A stretch of DNA of 55,177 nt, filler included, from Sphacelaria rigidula (taxonomy: Eukaryota): the NCBI GenBank assembly GCA_964200075.2. It is 3 parts of 3 records of this genome, joined end to end, with 100 filler letters (N's around TTAATTAATTAA, not from the genome) between each part and the next. Parts side by side here need not be neighbours in the genome. Positions count along the whole stretch, not along the records: positions 18,427 to 36,752 come from CAXNAA020000875.1; positions 36,853 to 55,177 come from CAXNAA020000876.1; 1 more part is not named here. One strand, written 5' to 3'. This document shows, piece after piece, positions 24,801 to 37,578 of the stretch. Made by a program: the position numbers and the translations under genes. Within the stretch, counting starts at the first letter, position 1. Every line of letters starts with the position of its first letter. A model generated the notes under the pieces. The model made no database searches. It was not told where the DNA came from and saw only the letters and a program-made list of their open reading frames with translations.

Positions 24801-25994
24801 GCAGTTGTATATTCCGAAGACGATGGCCGCACGCACAACACCTCCGTATCCCGCCGAGATTACTGCCCTTGCCGTCTCAAACTATGGAAAACCCGCTGTG
24901 AAGACACTCACCGCGGCGCGCCCGGTGGTCATGGCGTGAAAAACCTTCGTACATGGCATACCGCAAGCGATGGTAGCACGATCACCGCTCATGGTTGTCT
25001 CCACTCACCCAGTATATTTGCACGGCACTATCTGTATCGTAATCTGTACAGCCCAGTACCGACTATTACCTGCGGACACGCACAACAGCCCGGCGGGCCC
25101 GGACCACCCTGTTCCTATGTAGGCGTTGCGTCTTTCATTAGAAGCATTCTGAATCGCCTCCAATCAACCCGGGGTTGTAGACCGCTTGTAAGGCTAGGCG
25201 CAGTAAGGGTTAACTACTTTGATTTAGAGCGCCGTGACCCAAAATTTAGGCTCAAGCGAAATACTTGAGTGCTTTGCGATTTGTCATACAGGAGAGTGTA
25301 TCGTAAACTAAGCACCAGTGATATGCACGCGCAACCTACAGTACTTGGTATAATGCACGAAAAGAAGCCTCCGGTGTTGAGGGCGTTACAACCACGATGG
25401 TTGTTCAAGATACTACTGAACTGTTCATGTAATGACGTCAGATACATGTTCCCTATCATCAGCGTCCAGGGACGTCACCTGTAACGGCGCAGTGTATGTA
25501 TAACGGTTTGTTCTTCGACTTGAGTCAAACCCGACGTCCCACAAGGCGTGCAGCCTAGGCTCGCTGCATCTGTCATTTGCTCACAGCGCAATCTTACCGC
25601 ATCGAAGTCAGCTACCGCACACACACAGCTTCAATTTACATACTGGTACCGCACTTCTACAGGACCCAGACTAGAAACATGACACATGAACACACAGGTG
25701 AACAGGGCATGTATGTGGGCCCTAACAAGCAACACACAATCACAACTCACGATAAGCATACCTCTCAGGCTCAACGGTCGGCTTACTGCTTCCCCCGGCC
25801 ATACCGAACACCGTTCTGAGCCACTCCCCCAGGTCAAACCCGGTGCCAGCGGCTGCTTTTGTCGCAGTAGCGGTTGGCGTCTTGCTCTTACTCAGCACAC
25901 TCGCACCGCCACTAAACGCCGTAGGAGGCGGCTGAAAAGCATTCGCAGTCATATGCACCAAAAGCGATGCCATGAACCATGTTTTCGAATTCAT
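18871..25994 (-). CDS. Plastid-targeted NAD(P)-binding Rossmann + CIA30 (complex I intermediate-associated protein 30)-domain protein, HCF173-like architecture; 3'-incomplete
   Basis: Exons 25994-25762, 21979-21796, 21442-21377, 20883-20506, 20143-19982 and 19008-18871, all GT-AG and phase-consistent (2,0,0,0,0). Signal peptide ending ANA-FQP. Dinucleotide-binding motif VLVLGGTGKTG. CIA30 motifs WEPLDDVIMGGRS, GGGFCG, YDGIRLRVRGDGNRYK, LPFESF, GIVLSRF. No further exon found before the gap. Confidence 0.9.
23181..23345 (+). repeat. Dispersed repeat family R1 (fixed end GGGTGYACTCATGATCTTGCATGCC), in intron 1 of the CIA30 gene
   Basis: Homologous to 43022-43122 (+), 43333-43503 (-), 52790-52909 (-) and 41356-41396 (-). 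Confidence 0.85.
23859..23930 (+). repeat. Dispersed repeat family R3
   Basis: TGCTCCG...GGTCAATGGTCAMACGACTA... is shared with ~45143-45213. Confidence 0.7.
24131..24240 (+). repeat. Dispersed repeat family R2 (CCCTTCGTCGGGACGAG...AAGGGATCAA...TTGGATCA)
   Basis: Further copies at ~42646-42745, 46622-46745 and 54017-54125, all in the same orientation. Confidence 0.8.
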
Positions 25995-27943
25995 GCCTGC
26001 CCCCGTCTTTCTCCTGCGGAGGAAAATCTGGCAGACAGCAAGCGCACTCTGTTCGGCGAAAAAGGGTGAAGGATATATCCCCTATATATGTATGATCTGG
26101 TTATTTCACAATGATTGACCGCGGGTACGATTGCTGCGTGTACCATGTGTTGGCTGGCGCAGCAACACGGCCCACGTAAAAAATGACAGCACTTCGTCAA
26201 GTCCGTGCGTGAGGTATGCTACTCGTTTCCAAAGTCCTCCATATTGGTTGTAATGTCATGGCTGTGTACGCAACTCCTGTCGTACTGTATATGCTTGAGT
26301 GTCCAGCGATCTTTACCTTCGATTGCGTCAAAGCAACTTTGTGTTTTTCTGCTCGGTTGCAACCGCACAGTCAAGTATACAGTACAGGATGACAATTGCA
26401 GAGTAGTGTAGTCTTATGCTGTCGTGCCGTGTTGTCTTACCGTAGAGCACAGCAAAGTCTGTGCATAAGTAGCACTGTGGATGCTTCTTCTCCATCTTGC
26501 GAGCCGTTTCAAATTCCATGGTTAGGTGTTTCTACACGAGTTTTCAAACCGACCAGCCATTTCTTTGGGGACGGAGGGAAGGGGGGTGGTATTGCCCAAC
26601 GGACGCTGTTTGACCCCATCTTTTGTACAGGTTGAGGGCGACCGCTCGGTTACCTACAGTGACTTACAGTACCATGCAGTCAAGTACAGCCACGAGTTGG
26701 ACGTATTTTATGGTGCTTGACCATTTTTCCACCGCCCGTTTTCAAAACTTAGACCGTGTCTTACGTCTTATTATTGGGTTGGCTGGAATTTTCATTTTGG
26801 GATGTTTGATGTTCGATCCAGGTCTCGACCCCCGAACAACGAATATCATCACGTGTCCAGGACACTTTGCATCACCCCAGCGAGGGGTAGACTAGAAAAC
26901 TCCATCTGCGGCCACAGGAAAAGCAGAATTCCGTACTTTTGCGCAGAAAACGGCCGCCAAAAAACAGCAGGGAAATCGAAATATGTCGCAGATTTTCAGA
27001 AAATACAGCAGATTTTAGAGAGAATGGAGCATATTTGACGCAGAATGCCAAAAGGACAGCGCAGACTTGCGATTTCCCCAGGCAAAAAACCGCAGACAGA
27101 CAGACTGACGTCCTCCTTTCAGGGCCCTACCCGTTACACGTTCATGTTTCACGTTTCACGCCAAAAGTTAAGCCAGGCTGGTACTACGGTGGGGAACGTG
27201 GACCACGCGCGGAGCTCTGCTCAAAAGCCAAGTCAAATCAGGGCTCCCCACTTCGTCCCCCCAGCATTACTAGCCTAGCTCAACTTTCGACGTACAAAAT
27301 AGGGGCAGAAACACCAAAAAAAAAGCAGAAAACGAAATATAAAAGAAGCAGAAAAGCAAAAAAAGGTGCAGAAAAAGCACAGAAGAGCGAAAAAACTGCA
27401 GGAATAAAAATCGAAGTAGCGCTGAAAACGAGCAAAACAAAGAGCAGATGGACCTACAGTTTAGCGCGGGGAGTCTAGTCCACTTTCTCATTCGCTTGGC
27501 TCCGAGATTTTGAGACTAGTTTCTGGACGAAAATCCAGCTGAACATTAAAAGAGGTGAACACGATGTGGAAAAATCGGGAAATCACTAGTAGGCCGCTTC
27601 TTATGCAAAACAAAAAAGGGCAGTAGTCGCAGCTGGTTGCATCACTACCTATTTCAGCCCGAAGTGGGTATAGATGAAGGTACAAATTAAAGCTGTCCAT
27701 GCTAGGCCCAAATCATGAAAAACTCAACCCCGACGACAAGGAAAGGTGCCCACAGTCCATGCAGAGCATGAACACGAACTTTCGCGAATAAAAACAAACG
27801 TCATCTAGGACCGAACAGCACCGCGGGAAACAAGGACCTATTAATAGCAGAATACTCTCCCTTGTCCGACAAAAGGATGGGTATATCCACCAACTATGCT
27901 TATCTTGTATCTCCTTTTGTCCTATTTTGACCCCCATTGCGCC

Positions 27944-28506
27944 GTGCCATCTCTATGGCATCGTTTTACTGTTTGTAGAAACATGGAGAACGTGTCACCC
28001 CCAGGGTGGGTCAACTGTTGCCTCGGCACAATTTTCAAAAATGATGGATGATGTACAGACAAAAAAGGTACAGATTACTATTTTTTTTGGGTGCTCGGTG
28101 TTCGGTTGTGATGAATTGGATCGGATGGGTTTTTGTTGTTTTGTTTTTTTGCACCAGGGGACTGCAATATATAGGTAGACAAAGCGCAACTAAAAACGCA
28201 CAGGACAGTCCAATGCTGTCCCGCACGGTACAGTACAGTGTCGTCTTCTCTTTCCTCCCCTGTTGCGTTCCTTCCCTTGGTCTATGGGTATCGCCAAAGG
28301 ATCAGATTCCGTCAAACAGCCGGAGAGCGTCACCTCTTGCTGCCGCCATCTCTTAAATCTAACCCTGTGACCGCCACAGTGGGTCATCTGGGTCTTGTGT
28401 TCATTTTTCAAGTGAAAATTATCCCGGAGCAATAGATGACCCACCCTGGGGGTGACACGTTCTCCATGTTTCCCCAACGAGCGAACCGATGCTGTAAAGA
28501 TGGCGC
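27944..28506. mobile_element. MITE/fold-back element with ~95-bp inverted arms and a 36-bp perfect core
   Basis: 27978-28013 GAAACATGGAGAACGTGTCACCCCCAGGGTGGGTCA is the exact reverse complement of 28437-28472. Imperfect pairing extends to 27944-28037 / 28413-28506. Confidence 0.75.
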
Positions 28507-29130
28507 GACGCACATGGCGGTTCCGGTACACTCAGCACATCTAATAAAGAGAGATGCGTAGTACAGTCGCCATGGTGTTGTCTGTTCCGGTACACGCCAC
28601 GATCTCTCCCTTGGGTTCTCTGTGCGACTTGGTACGCAAAGCGGCAGCTTTTTCTGTCATAATTTATCGGAATGCATTATACCTGGATGGGAACCAAGCG
28701 AGCATATATTTTGACCTTTAATATTCGCATAATAAACACAGAGCTGGTAGTGGGAGGTCACGCAGACGACAGGAAGTCGGCCACGCGACGAGTAGTGAGA
28801 GAGCGAGGACAACATGATGATGCTGTACAGCACCGTACTGTACTGTACTCCGCGTTGGTTGTGATGACGCCGATTGAAAGTTTGATCCAGGTGACAACGG
28901 TCGGGGTGGGCATGCGGCACTGACCAGCTCCACGTGTTTTTGCCGTTACCCCAGCGTGCACAGATAATCTGTGCGTGGTCGCGCGGTGAGCCTAAGCAAT
29001 GACTGAGCGACGGAGGGATTCAGCCCTTGTATTCCGTATTTCGTCAACTTCTTGCGCCATTTGCGCGCGCGCGCATCCAAGGGTCGCGCGGTGTGTCAAT
29101 CATTCCGATTCTGCGAAAAAAAGAGGAATA

Positions 29131-29200
29131 GTCGGGATTTGAACTCGTGACCTCCATAATTGTAACTGGAATCTCCAGTATCACTGAGATCACGAGGGTG
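29131..29200 (-). repeat. tRNA-derived (SINE head-like) sequence
   Basis: Minus strand has a degenerate A-box TGATCTCAGTGA and B-box GAGTTCAAATCC. No intact cloverleaf. Confidence 0.5.
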
Positions 29201-30606
29201 CAACGGTTTTTCACAACACATTCCACGCTGGGCCCATTTTCAGGAGGTTTTTGCTGAAATTTTTCCAGAATATTCCTTGCGCAAGTACAAAATTCGTGAC
29301 GGGGGTGCCGCCATTTTTTTTCACGGAGTCATGGCTTTTTTATAGTTTTGGTGCAATTTCCAATTGCTCTAACGTTCTGTATATATTTTTTTCTGGCATC
29401 GTCGGAGATGTTGTGCATGTTGATGATGAAAATGTCGTCTCAAAATTTCTGCGCCTCATTCCTCAGAGCACCGCAATCCCAAATTGCCGACAATAAACAC
29501 TTTCAGCTGACCCAGCTCGTCGTGGTTGGTGGTGGATATACCTACTCCATTGTCGTACAAAATAGGCTATCCTGCAAGGTCCTTGTTTCTCACGGTGCTG
29601 TTCGGCCCAAAATTGCGCTCTGTTTTCGCGGACGTTGGTGCACATGCTCTGCATGGGCTGTGGGAGCCTTATCTTTGCGTTGGGATTGAGTTTTGAGTGG
29701 TTTGGGCCTAGCAAAGGACCGCTTCAACTTTCGCGTTTATCTGCACCCACTTTCGGGCTGAACTAGGTGGTCATGTGTCTCACCTAGCAGATGGTAATCC
29801 ACAAAAGTGTAAGCTTTTTATATAGCCTACCCTCCTAGGTGTGTACTGGTTTTCTTAAGGCCGGACTGCACGCCACCACAGTTGAGAACGCGCCATTTGT
29901 TACCCGTACTCTGAAGGCTGGTACCACGCTCCATATTCCCAGCGTGGCCCATATTTCAGTTCATTCTTCCCTGTTACCCTGAGGGACCTCCGCGAATGAT
30001 TGCGATACGGCCCTCATGCTTTTTCATGTGGTGACCACTTTCATGCCACTGAATGTGTTGGTGAGTACGGTACTGCACTGCACTCTACTGTACTGCATCA
30101 AGCTTTTTGGGTGTTGTCGCACGCCCAGAACATGAAGTTTTTTGCAACACACGTCGCACATCATATTTGATCTCATCGCTCTAGAGTTCCGTCGCCAATA
30201 CACGCGGTGATCTTGGCAATCGAAACAGAGCAGGCAAAACGTTTCCTCGTGCCGAGTAGTTGCCGCGATAGCATCGACCGTTCTAGAATGTCTCAAAACA
30301 CCATTATGAAACCGGTATATGTCGAGTTTTGTTCTGTTCTGTCGGACGTGTGGAATTTTGGCGTGCGCTTCGCCTTCGACGTGAAGCGCACGAGTCCATC
30401 TGCTCTTCACTGTATACCGATGTGTTTATCCCATGTCTGCCGTGCTCTTCCCCCGCTCCCCATCTCCCTCGACCTCTTCCCGGCTTCCTGGGCGTCATGT
30501 CGCCGGACTGCGCACCACTTGCTGGCCCTCAGTCACCTGCACTAGCTGACAGCTACCACCCCAGTGAAGAAGAGTGGAAACCTTCCCAAAGGAAAAAAAA
30601 ACATCC

Positions 30607-33600
30607 ATGGGGAAATTTCGAGGCCATCAAGACAAAAGCCGGAGGAAAAGAGAGGCCAAGCACAAACTGAAGATCGTTGGGAAGGGTCGTTCTCCCGCTG
30701 TCAACGGTGCAGTGACTGTCGGCGGCGCCCGGGACGACAACAACGACAAAAAGAACCCTCCCGCATCTCGGAAGCTAAAGCACGTGACGTACGAGAAGGA
30801 CAAGTCTGTGCTAATATGCGGGGACGGCGACTTCTCGTTCACAAATGGAGTTATCCGGCACCGCGGCACCGGGTATGTTCCTTTCTACTACTTTTGCTGC
30901 AAAACAATGTAGTTTTTTTGGCTTTCGTAGGTCAGCAACAGTAGTGCTACCCGTCTTTGCTGCCTAAGCATGGCCGATGTTTATACAATAATCGTGCAAC
31001 CTCTGTATAGTGGAGCACACTCGTTGTCTACATACAAGGCGTGGTAGCCTCTTCTCGAGTTGTGCTCTAGATACGTGGGCCGTATGTGTGTCGGGTCTCT
31101 TGGCGCGGTGAGAAAGACACGAGGACGCAGTGCTCTCCGCCTGCACTCGACTGCCATCTGTCGTTTTGGTCTTGAAAAGTCTAGATTTGTGATCGGGAAC
31201 CCCTCCGGCAAACCTGTCAGCACCCAACTCACTGTCCGCTTCGCTTACACCATGCACATCAACATTCGCGTCTTTCTGTATCGCAACCGCCGATTTCCCC
31301 CCTTCCCTAACTCACATGGCCAGGAAAGGCGTGGTTGCTACGTCACTAGACTCGCAAAAGACCGTGCTCAAGAAGTACCCACGCGCGGTGAATTGGCTCC
31401 CCAAGCTTTGCTCCGACGGGGCACAGGTAAAATCTACGTGAATTTTGTGGATTTACGGCACGTTGCCCCCCTCGTTTTTGTTCCTTGCGTTCCCTGTGTC
31501 CAAACAAGTGACACTATATCGAAGTCTCGAACGACTGACTGTCAGGTCGTCGCTAGGTCGCCGCTTTCAAAATACCGTGCCCTATCATACCCTGAACCCC
31601 GGTTATTCTGTCAACATCTCGGCCTCCTTTATCGTGACGTGGTTGGCAACGAAAGACACGTTGCCATCTCGGGAGGTGTTTCGATGTACTCCGTACGTGG
31701 TCACAGCTTCCTCAAGTCGGTTAAAAAATCGCTGCACTTGACGGCTACTCGTTTGCACCACCCCCGTGTTCTGTGCTGTTTTTGGGTATCTACTTTTGCT
31801 GTCAGATCCGTGCGGCCACTGATCGTGCGTCCGCTGTTTTTCCTTCCTGCTTTTGTTTCTCCCAATGACACCTGCAGGTCGTCCACTCGGTGGATGCCAC
31901 CAAGCTGGAACAAACGCTCTTCGGAGGTGTGCCGCGGCAAGATGGCAGTAGGCAAGAAGAGCAAAGCACGGAGGGAAAAGAAAAAGAAACCGAGAACAAG
32001 AACGAAGACGTCGGAGATAGCAAACCGCGCAGGGTGTTATTCGACCGGGTGGTGTTCAACTTTCCGCACACGGGAGTTCAACGGACGCACCTGAATCGAA
32101 ACCTCATCCGAGATTTTTTCGCCAGCACCAAGTGAGACCCCCGTCGATGAATACATGAGCGTTGCATAATGTGCAGGTGTGTAGTTAGTTGCTGCGTACA
32201 AACTGAAAACGATGTGTACGTAAACACGGTTGATGCAGGATACATATGATTGAGTAAGCTTCGCAACGATGAAAACAGGCGTGGTCTGGTTGTGATACTC
32301 TTGACTCGAACAAATTTTCGCGTGTTTCATTTCAGTTGTGGCCTCCACCACGCCGTTTTGTTTTATCATACTAGCTGAAACGACAAAACCTAAAGGTACT
32401 CGCGTAGTCGCTGCACAGCTCGAAACCTGTGTACATGTCTACCGAGGCCGCAAAATCAATATCAAAGCGCTTTGGATTTTGAGACGGTGTGTTTCCAGAC
32501 CCTGCCACGGTTGATTCCACAAAAAGTTATCGGCGAAAAAAGTCGTCTTTGATGAGGTTCTACTCTTGAAGTCTTTGTACAAATCTTCCTGTTCATCCTT
32601 ATTTTTGACGAGGGTGTGTATTCCATGTGATCACGTAACCACGGGCGCTCAAGAATTAAGTGAGCTATGGATATGGTATGGGTTATACCGTATCCAAGGT
32701 TCGGTATGGTGAAGCCATAGATTTAGCAGTCAGCTCTCTGCGTTCGAGTAGAGCTCTTGACCGTTGATGTCTGGAAGTTCAGAGGCGTCACTTTGTGAGC
32801 GATGGGTTGACGTGAAGCGTACATGCCCGACCACAAAAGCAATCATTCCCGGGTCTTTCATTCGCTACAGCCCGCCGTTGATCACCTCGCTCGGTCTTTT
32901 ACGTTTCCGCGGAATACCAGGGGCTTGGTGAAATGCGCTGCGGCGGGCGGCGAGATACACGTGACTCTGAAGGATAAGCCCCCATACTCCGGCTGGAACA
33001 TCAGGTGAGGAATCGATATTTGGAAGCATATCGGTGCAAGTTTGTGAGTCGCGTGTGCGACCTTCGTTGAGCATGTTGTATTGACCGCCTGGTAAAAAAA
33101 TCTCATGGAAAGTGCGTCGTTGAGCAGACATAACAGTTCGTTGATTGGCGCGAAATCCAAGCGATCGAGCTTGGGGTGATTTTTTTGTTCGATTCTCCGC
33201 ACAGTCGCGTGTGGTTGAGTGAAGTGTCCGTTGCATGTGTCCTTCCTCTTGATGTCGCTGTCTTCCATATCTACCCTTTCGTCGATCCGTTCCACACCGC
33301 GCCCTCATCGCGGGCTCGACATCAGGGCGATGGCGAAAGAAAGCGAGCTGGTGATGGTGCGATGCCTCGCATTCGACCCCAGCGTCTTCCCGGGATATCG
33401 TCATAGCACTACTGATCCCCAGGTGCGCAACTTCGCCGTTTTTGTGTCAAGTGCATTTCAAGTGCTGCATGGATTCTACGCTATGTGTGCGACACTAGAC
33501 CGTTGAAGGTACCATCAGCCAAATCCACGCTTCTTCGGGAATTGTGTTTCACCCTACGTAGCCGCACGCAACGACGACGCAATTGCGTCGCAGCCACTTT

Positions 33601-35227
33601 TTCATTAGCATCGCGTCGTGAGAGGTCGGCCGCGTATCGCTCTGGGGAAAATGTTTTCCATGTCATTTTGACAGCGGCCTCCGGTGGCCTTGGTCGAGCG
33701 GGAGACGCTCGCGGCATCACCTCTATGCATGTTCCTTCACATCAGAGTACTTTCAGCGTATTGTGTGACACACTAGTGTACTTTGCCCGTGATGTCGCAC
33801 GACCCAACAGCCCGTGCTCACTTGCGCGCGTGCACCCATGCAATCAGGCGAAGGAGTTCGATGCTACCCGAGCGCGGACGCACGTGTTTTGCCGCGCCAG
33901 GTCCTCCATCGACGATGAGGTGGATCGTAGAATATTGTGACGTTGAAGGGGCTCAGCCTCATGATGAGAACGCGTCGCGCGCCGGGTAGTGCTAAGGCTG
34001 CGAAGCACGTCGATAGTCATTGGCTGATACGTTTAATCTCTGAAAAATGTCCGAGTGTGAGGAAAAACACGAACGGAAAACGAAAGACGTCCTTGATTTC
34101 GGGGAATTTCAAGTCGAGATGCCCTGAAGGATACTCCAACAGAGCTTGAAAAAGAGTCAATGAATCGTGAATAACTGTTGGTTTGATTATATTTTGCAAA
34201 GGTTGATGACTTACGATTCATCTTTCAGGTTTCTAAGAAGTAGGAAATGTGTGATATCAGTGATTAGTCATGCATATTTTTTGCTGAACTAGGGATATTG
34301 TCTTTCCCTTGCTCTAAAAAATAAATCAATCATCCAACCATCCAACCATCCATCCTCAAACAATCTTTAATTTAATTAATTAATTATATAATGATTATAA
34401 TATGATGCCGCCGTGGTCTATTTTCTTAATGCCTCAAACTCCATGATGCCGAATAGGTGGACACGTCAGGCGCCTTTCCCGTAATATCAGAAGCAGTCGA
34501 CACTGTGAAGTCAAATGCTACCAACTTTGAGTTGCTCAACGACCACGAAGGTGGCGGGGAGGCAGCCTTTATCGATTCGGAGCACCCGCTAATGAACGAC
34601 GACGGCTTCGATTCGGATGACTTGGGAGGTACAGCGACGATCTCAGACGTTCCAGACGGCAATGGAGACACCCGAGATTTGCCGAGCACCATAACGAAGG
34701 ACCGTAGGAAAAACCGCAGGAAGAAATCCGCGCCGGACAAAAATAAACCAATTGCTAGCAGTGTTCATACAGGGGGTGTTGTGGGACAAGGTGATGGGAA
34801 ACCAGGCGAAGAGCACGCCGGAGAAGGTGGAATGGAGGGAGGACCCGGAAGCGACGGTGCTGAGTCAAAATCGGCAGGGAAAGGCGAGCTTCGACCACCG
34901 TTGGTGAAGAAGAAAGCGGCAAAGCGTCGGGCTCAGCGCAAGAAAGCTGCGGAGGCAGCCAAAGCAGCAGTGCTCGCTGATGCGTCGGGTATCCCCACGG
35001 AAAATATCGTCTCAAAACCGTCGCCAGAAACCTTACCAGCCGCGGGCAAGAATGAGGGCATCAACAACATCTCACTTGGATCAGCAAAAAAGGCGGGTTG
35101 TAAGAGGAATCGTGGGAAGTACGTGAGGAAAAAATTACGCGAGGGGTGGCGTAACCAAGACAGCCGCGGGGATGGAACCGCAGGCCGTTCTGATGATGTT
35201 AAGAGGAGTAAGCTAAATGTACGATAG
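30607..35227 (+). CDS. BMT5: 25S rRNA (uridine-N3)-methyltransferase BMT5-like / DUF2431 protein, 548 aa, with a long low-complexity C-terminal tail
   Basis: Exons 30607-30872, 31324-31426, 31878-32131, 32921-33004, 33326-33422, 33848-33919 and 34457-35227, all GT-AG with phases 2,0,2,2,0,0 (1647 nt). Family motifs VLICGDGDFSF, VATSLDS, KKYP, VDATKL, FDRVVFNFPH, GEIHVTLK..PY..WNI, FPGYRH. Confidence 0.92.
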
Positions 35228-36752
35228 CAGCAGTTTCTACCATTGTCGAAACAACCGGGTGTTATTTTCTAATCTAGCAGCGCGCCATGCGTTGATCTTT
35301 TTTCACGGGGAGGACCTTTCGGTACGATTTCGAGCCCCAACCTGTATTCCGTTCCCCCAAGAAAAAATAGCCCCCAATTGTTGGGATCCCCTGTTCCTCA
35401 CGGATCGTTGATTTCGACACCTGGGTGCCGGTTGCAAAACAATGATATGGGCCAATTATATGGACCAATGATATGGACCTGCCCTGGAATCTCGCCGGCA
35501 GGCATCCCCTCATGAACCCGATGTGAGTACACATTCCAATTTTCAAATTGGTTGTTGTCTCGGGCTATTCCAGATTTAGCATTGCATTTCTTTGACCGAA
35601 AACTGTCTCGTTTTTTCGGAATACTTTTCATAAAAACAAAAATAACTTTCTAAAAAAACTGCTCAAAACATGACTCCATAATATGGAGTACAGGTTACTG
35701 CACTGAACACAACACAATTCTGCAGTGTTTTTTAGAACCTGAACAGGGACTGAACGCAAAAAGCCTATATCGCAAAGATACCCGCCCGCTCTCAGCTACC
35801 CACCGCAACCCCGCAGCATCGAGCACGAGTTAAGCACAGGGGTAGATGCACTGCAGTAGCTGGGTATGCTTTTTTTTTTGTTGGCGAAAACTTGCACGTG
35901 TTCTCATGGTGGGCATCAGCGACAGAACTGCGTGGTACGGTGGGCAACCGAGTTGCGTGCACGCTCATGTATAGTGCAGTCTATGCAAAGCTGCACGTTG
36001 CCGAAGTCCTCTTCACGTCGCATTGCAAGCAGGGAGAACTGATAGCCCTGGGCTGTCTGCACTGCATGTTGCCCGCTTCTCCTTCATATCCTCCTGAACG
36101 AAACACGCACACACGCACTCAAGACACGCTGCTTGCAAGCGGTACAGACATTACAGACTTTGTGTATTGTACACGAGTGACCATGTGCCGTGTCACGAAC
36201 TCACTGTATTTTCTGGATAGAAAGCGTGAACATTCATATGGACCCAACTGCATCAAAACGAGAAATATCCTCTCAGATCGATTCAGATGATTCCACCGCT
36301 CCATTTTTTCGACCGAAAAGACAGGCCCTAACCACCAGTCCCAAGTCCCACAGTATCGACAAGTAGTTTTGTACAAATTGGAACCCAGATCTGCACGCAG
36401 GTTGAAAACTGCGGCGGGTCTGGAAGTGGTCGTTGGTCCAAGTAGGTCCATCGTCTGTGTAATGCTGCAGAAAAGACACAAGGCAACACATGTACACACC
36501 AAGCCCCGAAAAAACACGCACAGCCACCACTCACGCGCATTAGTTTTACTGCTGAGCAATGCTGCGGTAGGGGTGCACTTTTTTCGCGAAATTTGTCTGG
36601 TTCAGGGGCTCCTAACGATTCTAGTCGCACGATAATATGGGTCAGGGCATCCCCGTTTGCACATTAATTCGGGATATCCCCAGCACATTGGAATAGTAAT
36701 CCTGGCGTGCTCTCGCATATTTTCATAAGTCGTGTTTTAGATGAGATCAAGG

Positions 36753-36852
36753 NNNNNNNNNNNNNNNNNNNNNNNNNNNNNNNNNNNNNNNNNNNNTTAA
36801 TTAATTAANNNNNNNNNNNNNNNNNNNNNNNNNNNNNNNNNNNNNNNNNNNN
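36753..36852. other. Assembly gap with artificial six-frame stop linker
   Basis: 44 N + TTAATTAATTAA (36797-36808) + 44 N, exactly 100 bp. Confidence 0.98.
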
Positions 36853-37578
36853 GAGTCAACTTATTATACTAAAACCAAGTAATTTCCTGACGAATCATTA
36901 TTTGTCCTAACCGTGAAAATATCCGAAAGCATCCACACTTTTTGTTCCAATGCAATCATTTTCCATTCTGGCATCTGAAACATGACTGCAACCAGTGTTA
37001 CGCCCAATGTAGTGTCACGTTTTTCACCATCATCCTAAACGTTGGACGCGACGAACCCAAATAAGCGGACAGAGCACAGAACGACGATGTCGCTATTGTA
37101 ATACACGGCAGTACTGTGTCTGACGCTATGTACTCATCAGAGTATGGGTCAAGTCCGCCGAGTCCAGCGCACAAACCAGCGATGAGTCCTTCTCCCAAAG
37201 CAGCTCAGACATATTTTACTACTTCAACGAGCCAATTTATCATGTTTCACCATGCCCGTCCGACAGGCGATCGAAGATTACTGACATTGCACGAATGTGG
37301 GTAAGCCGAAACTCTACTCACAGGTACAACTAGCTACTGTGATAGCCATCGTTCAAGACTAGGATTGCACCAATCAACGCTCGGCATAGTGCTATATTGA
37401 CAGTAAACTACCTGCACTTACCCTCGTCACTTTCGTCTGCGGGTCTGCGCACTCATCACAATGAGGACTGGTAACCATTCGTCTTGGCTATAGTAGTCAG
37501 CATCAGAGGTCTTCAGGATTCGTAGTTGTTGTAGTTCTTGAGTTTTTCTCGAGTATTTTTCTTCATTACTTCTTGAAA

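Larger units (their letters stand above)
27647..29768. repeat. Diverged ~250-bp inverted repeat pair (27647-27894 / 29524-29768)
   Basis: Shared blocks TTCAGCCCGAA, TGCTAGGCCCAAA, CCATGCAGAGCATG, CCGAACAGCACCG, GAAACAAGGACCT and GGTATATCCACC in opposite orientations. Confidence 0.8.

Noticed and set aside
26939..27478. Lys-rich 179-aa ORF
   Set aside because: A by-product of A-rich GCAGAAA repeats.
31060..32094. 344-aa plus-strand ORF
   Set aside because: Runs through introns and is out of frame with the real BMT5-like exons.
34366..34402. Third TTAATTAATTAA linker
   Set aside because: Not flanked by Ns. It is a natural AT-rich intronic tract.
36998..37250. Cyclin-like (MINWLVEV) or membrane-protein exon on the minus strand
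   Set aside because: In-frame stop right after the motif and no supporting neighbouring exons.
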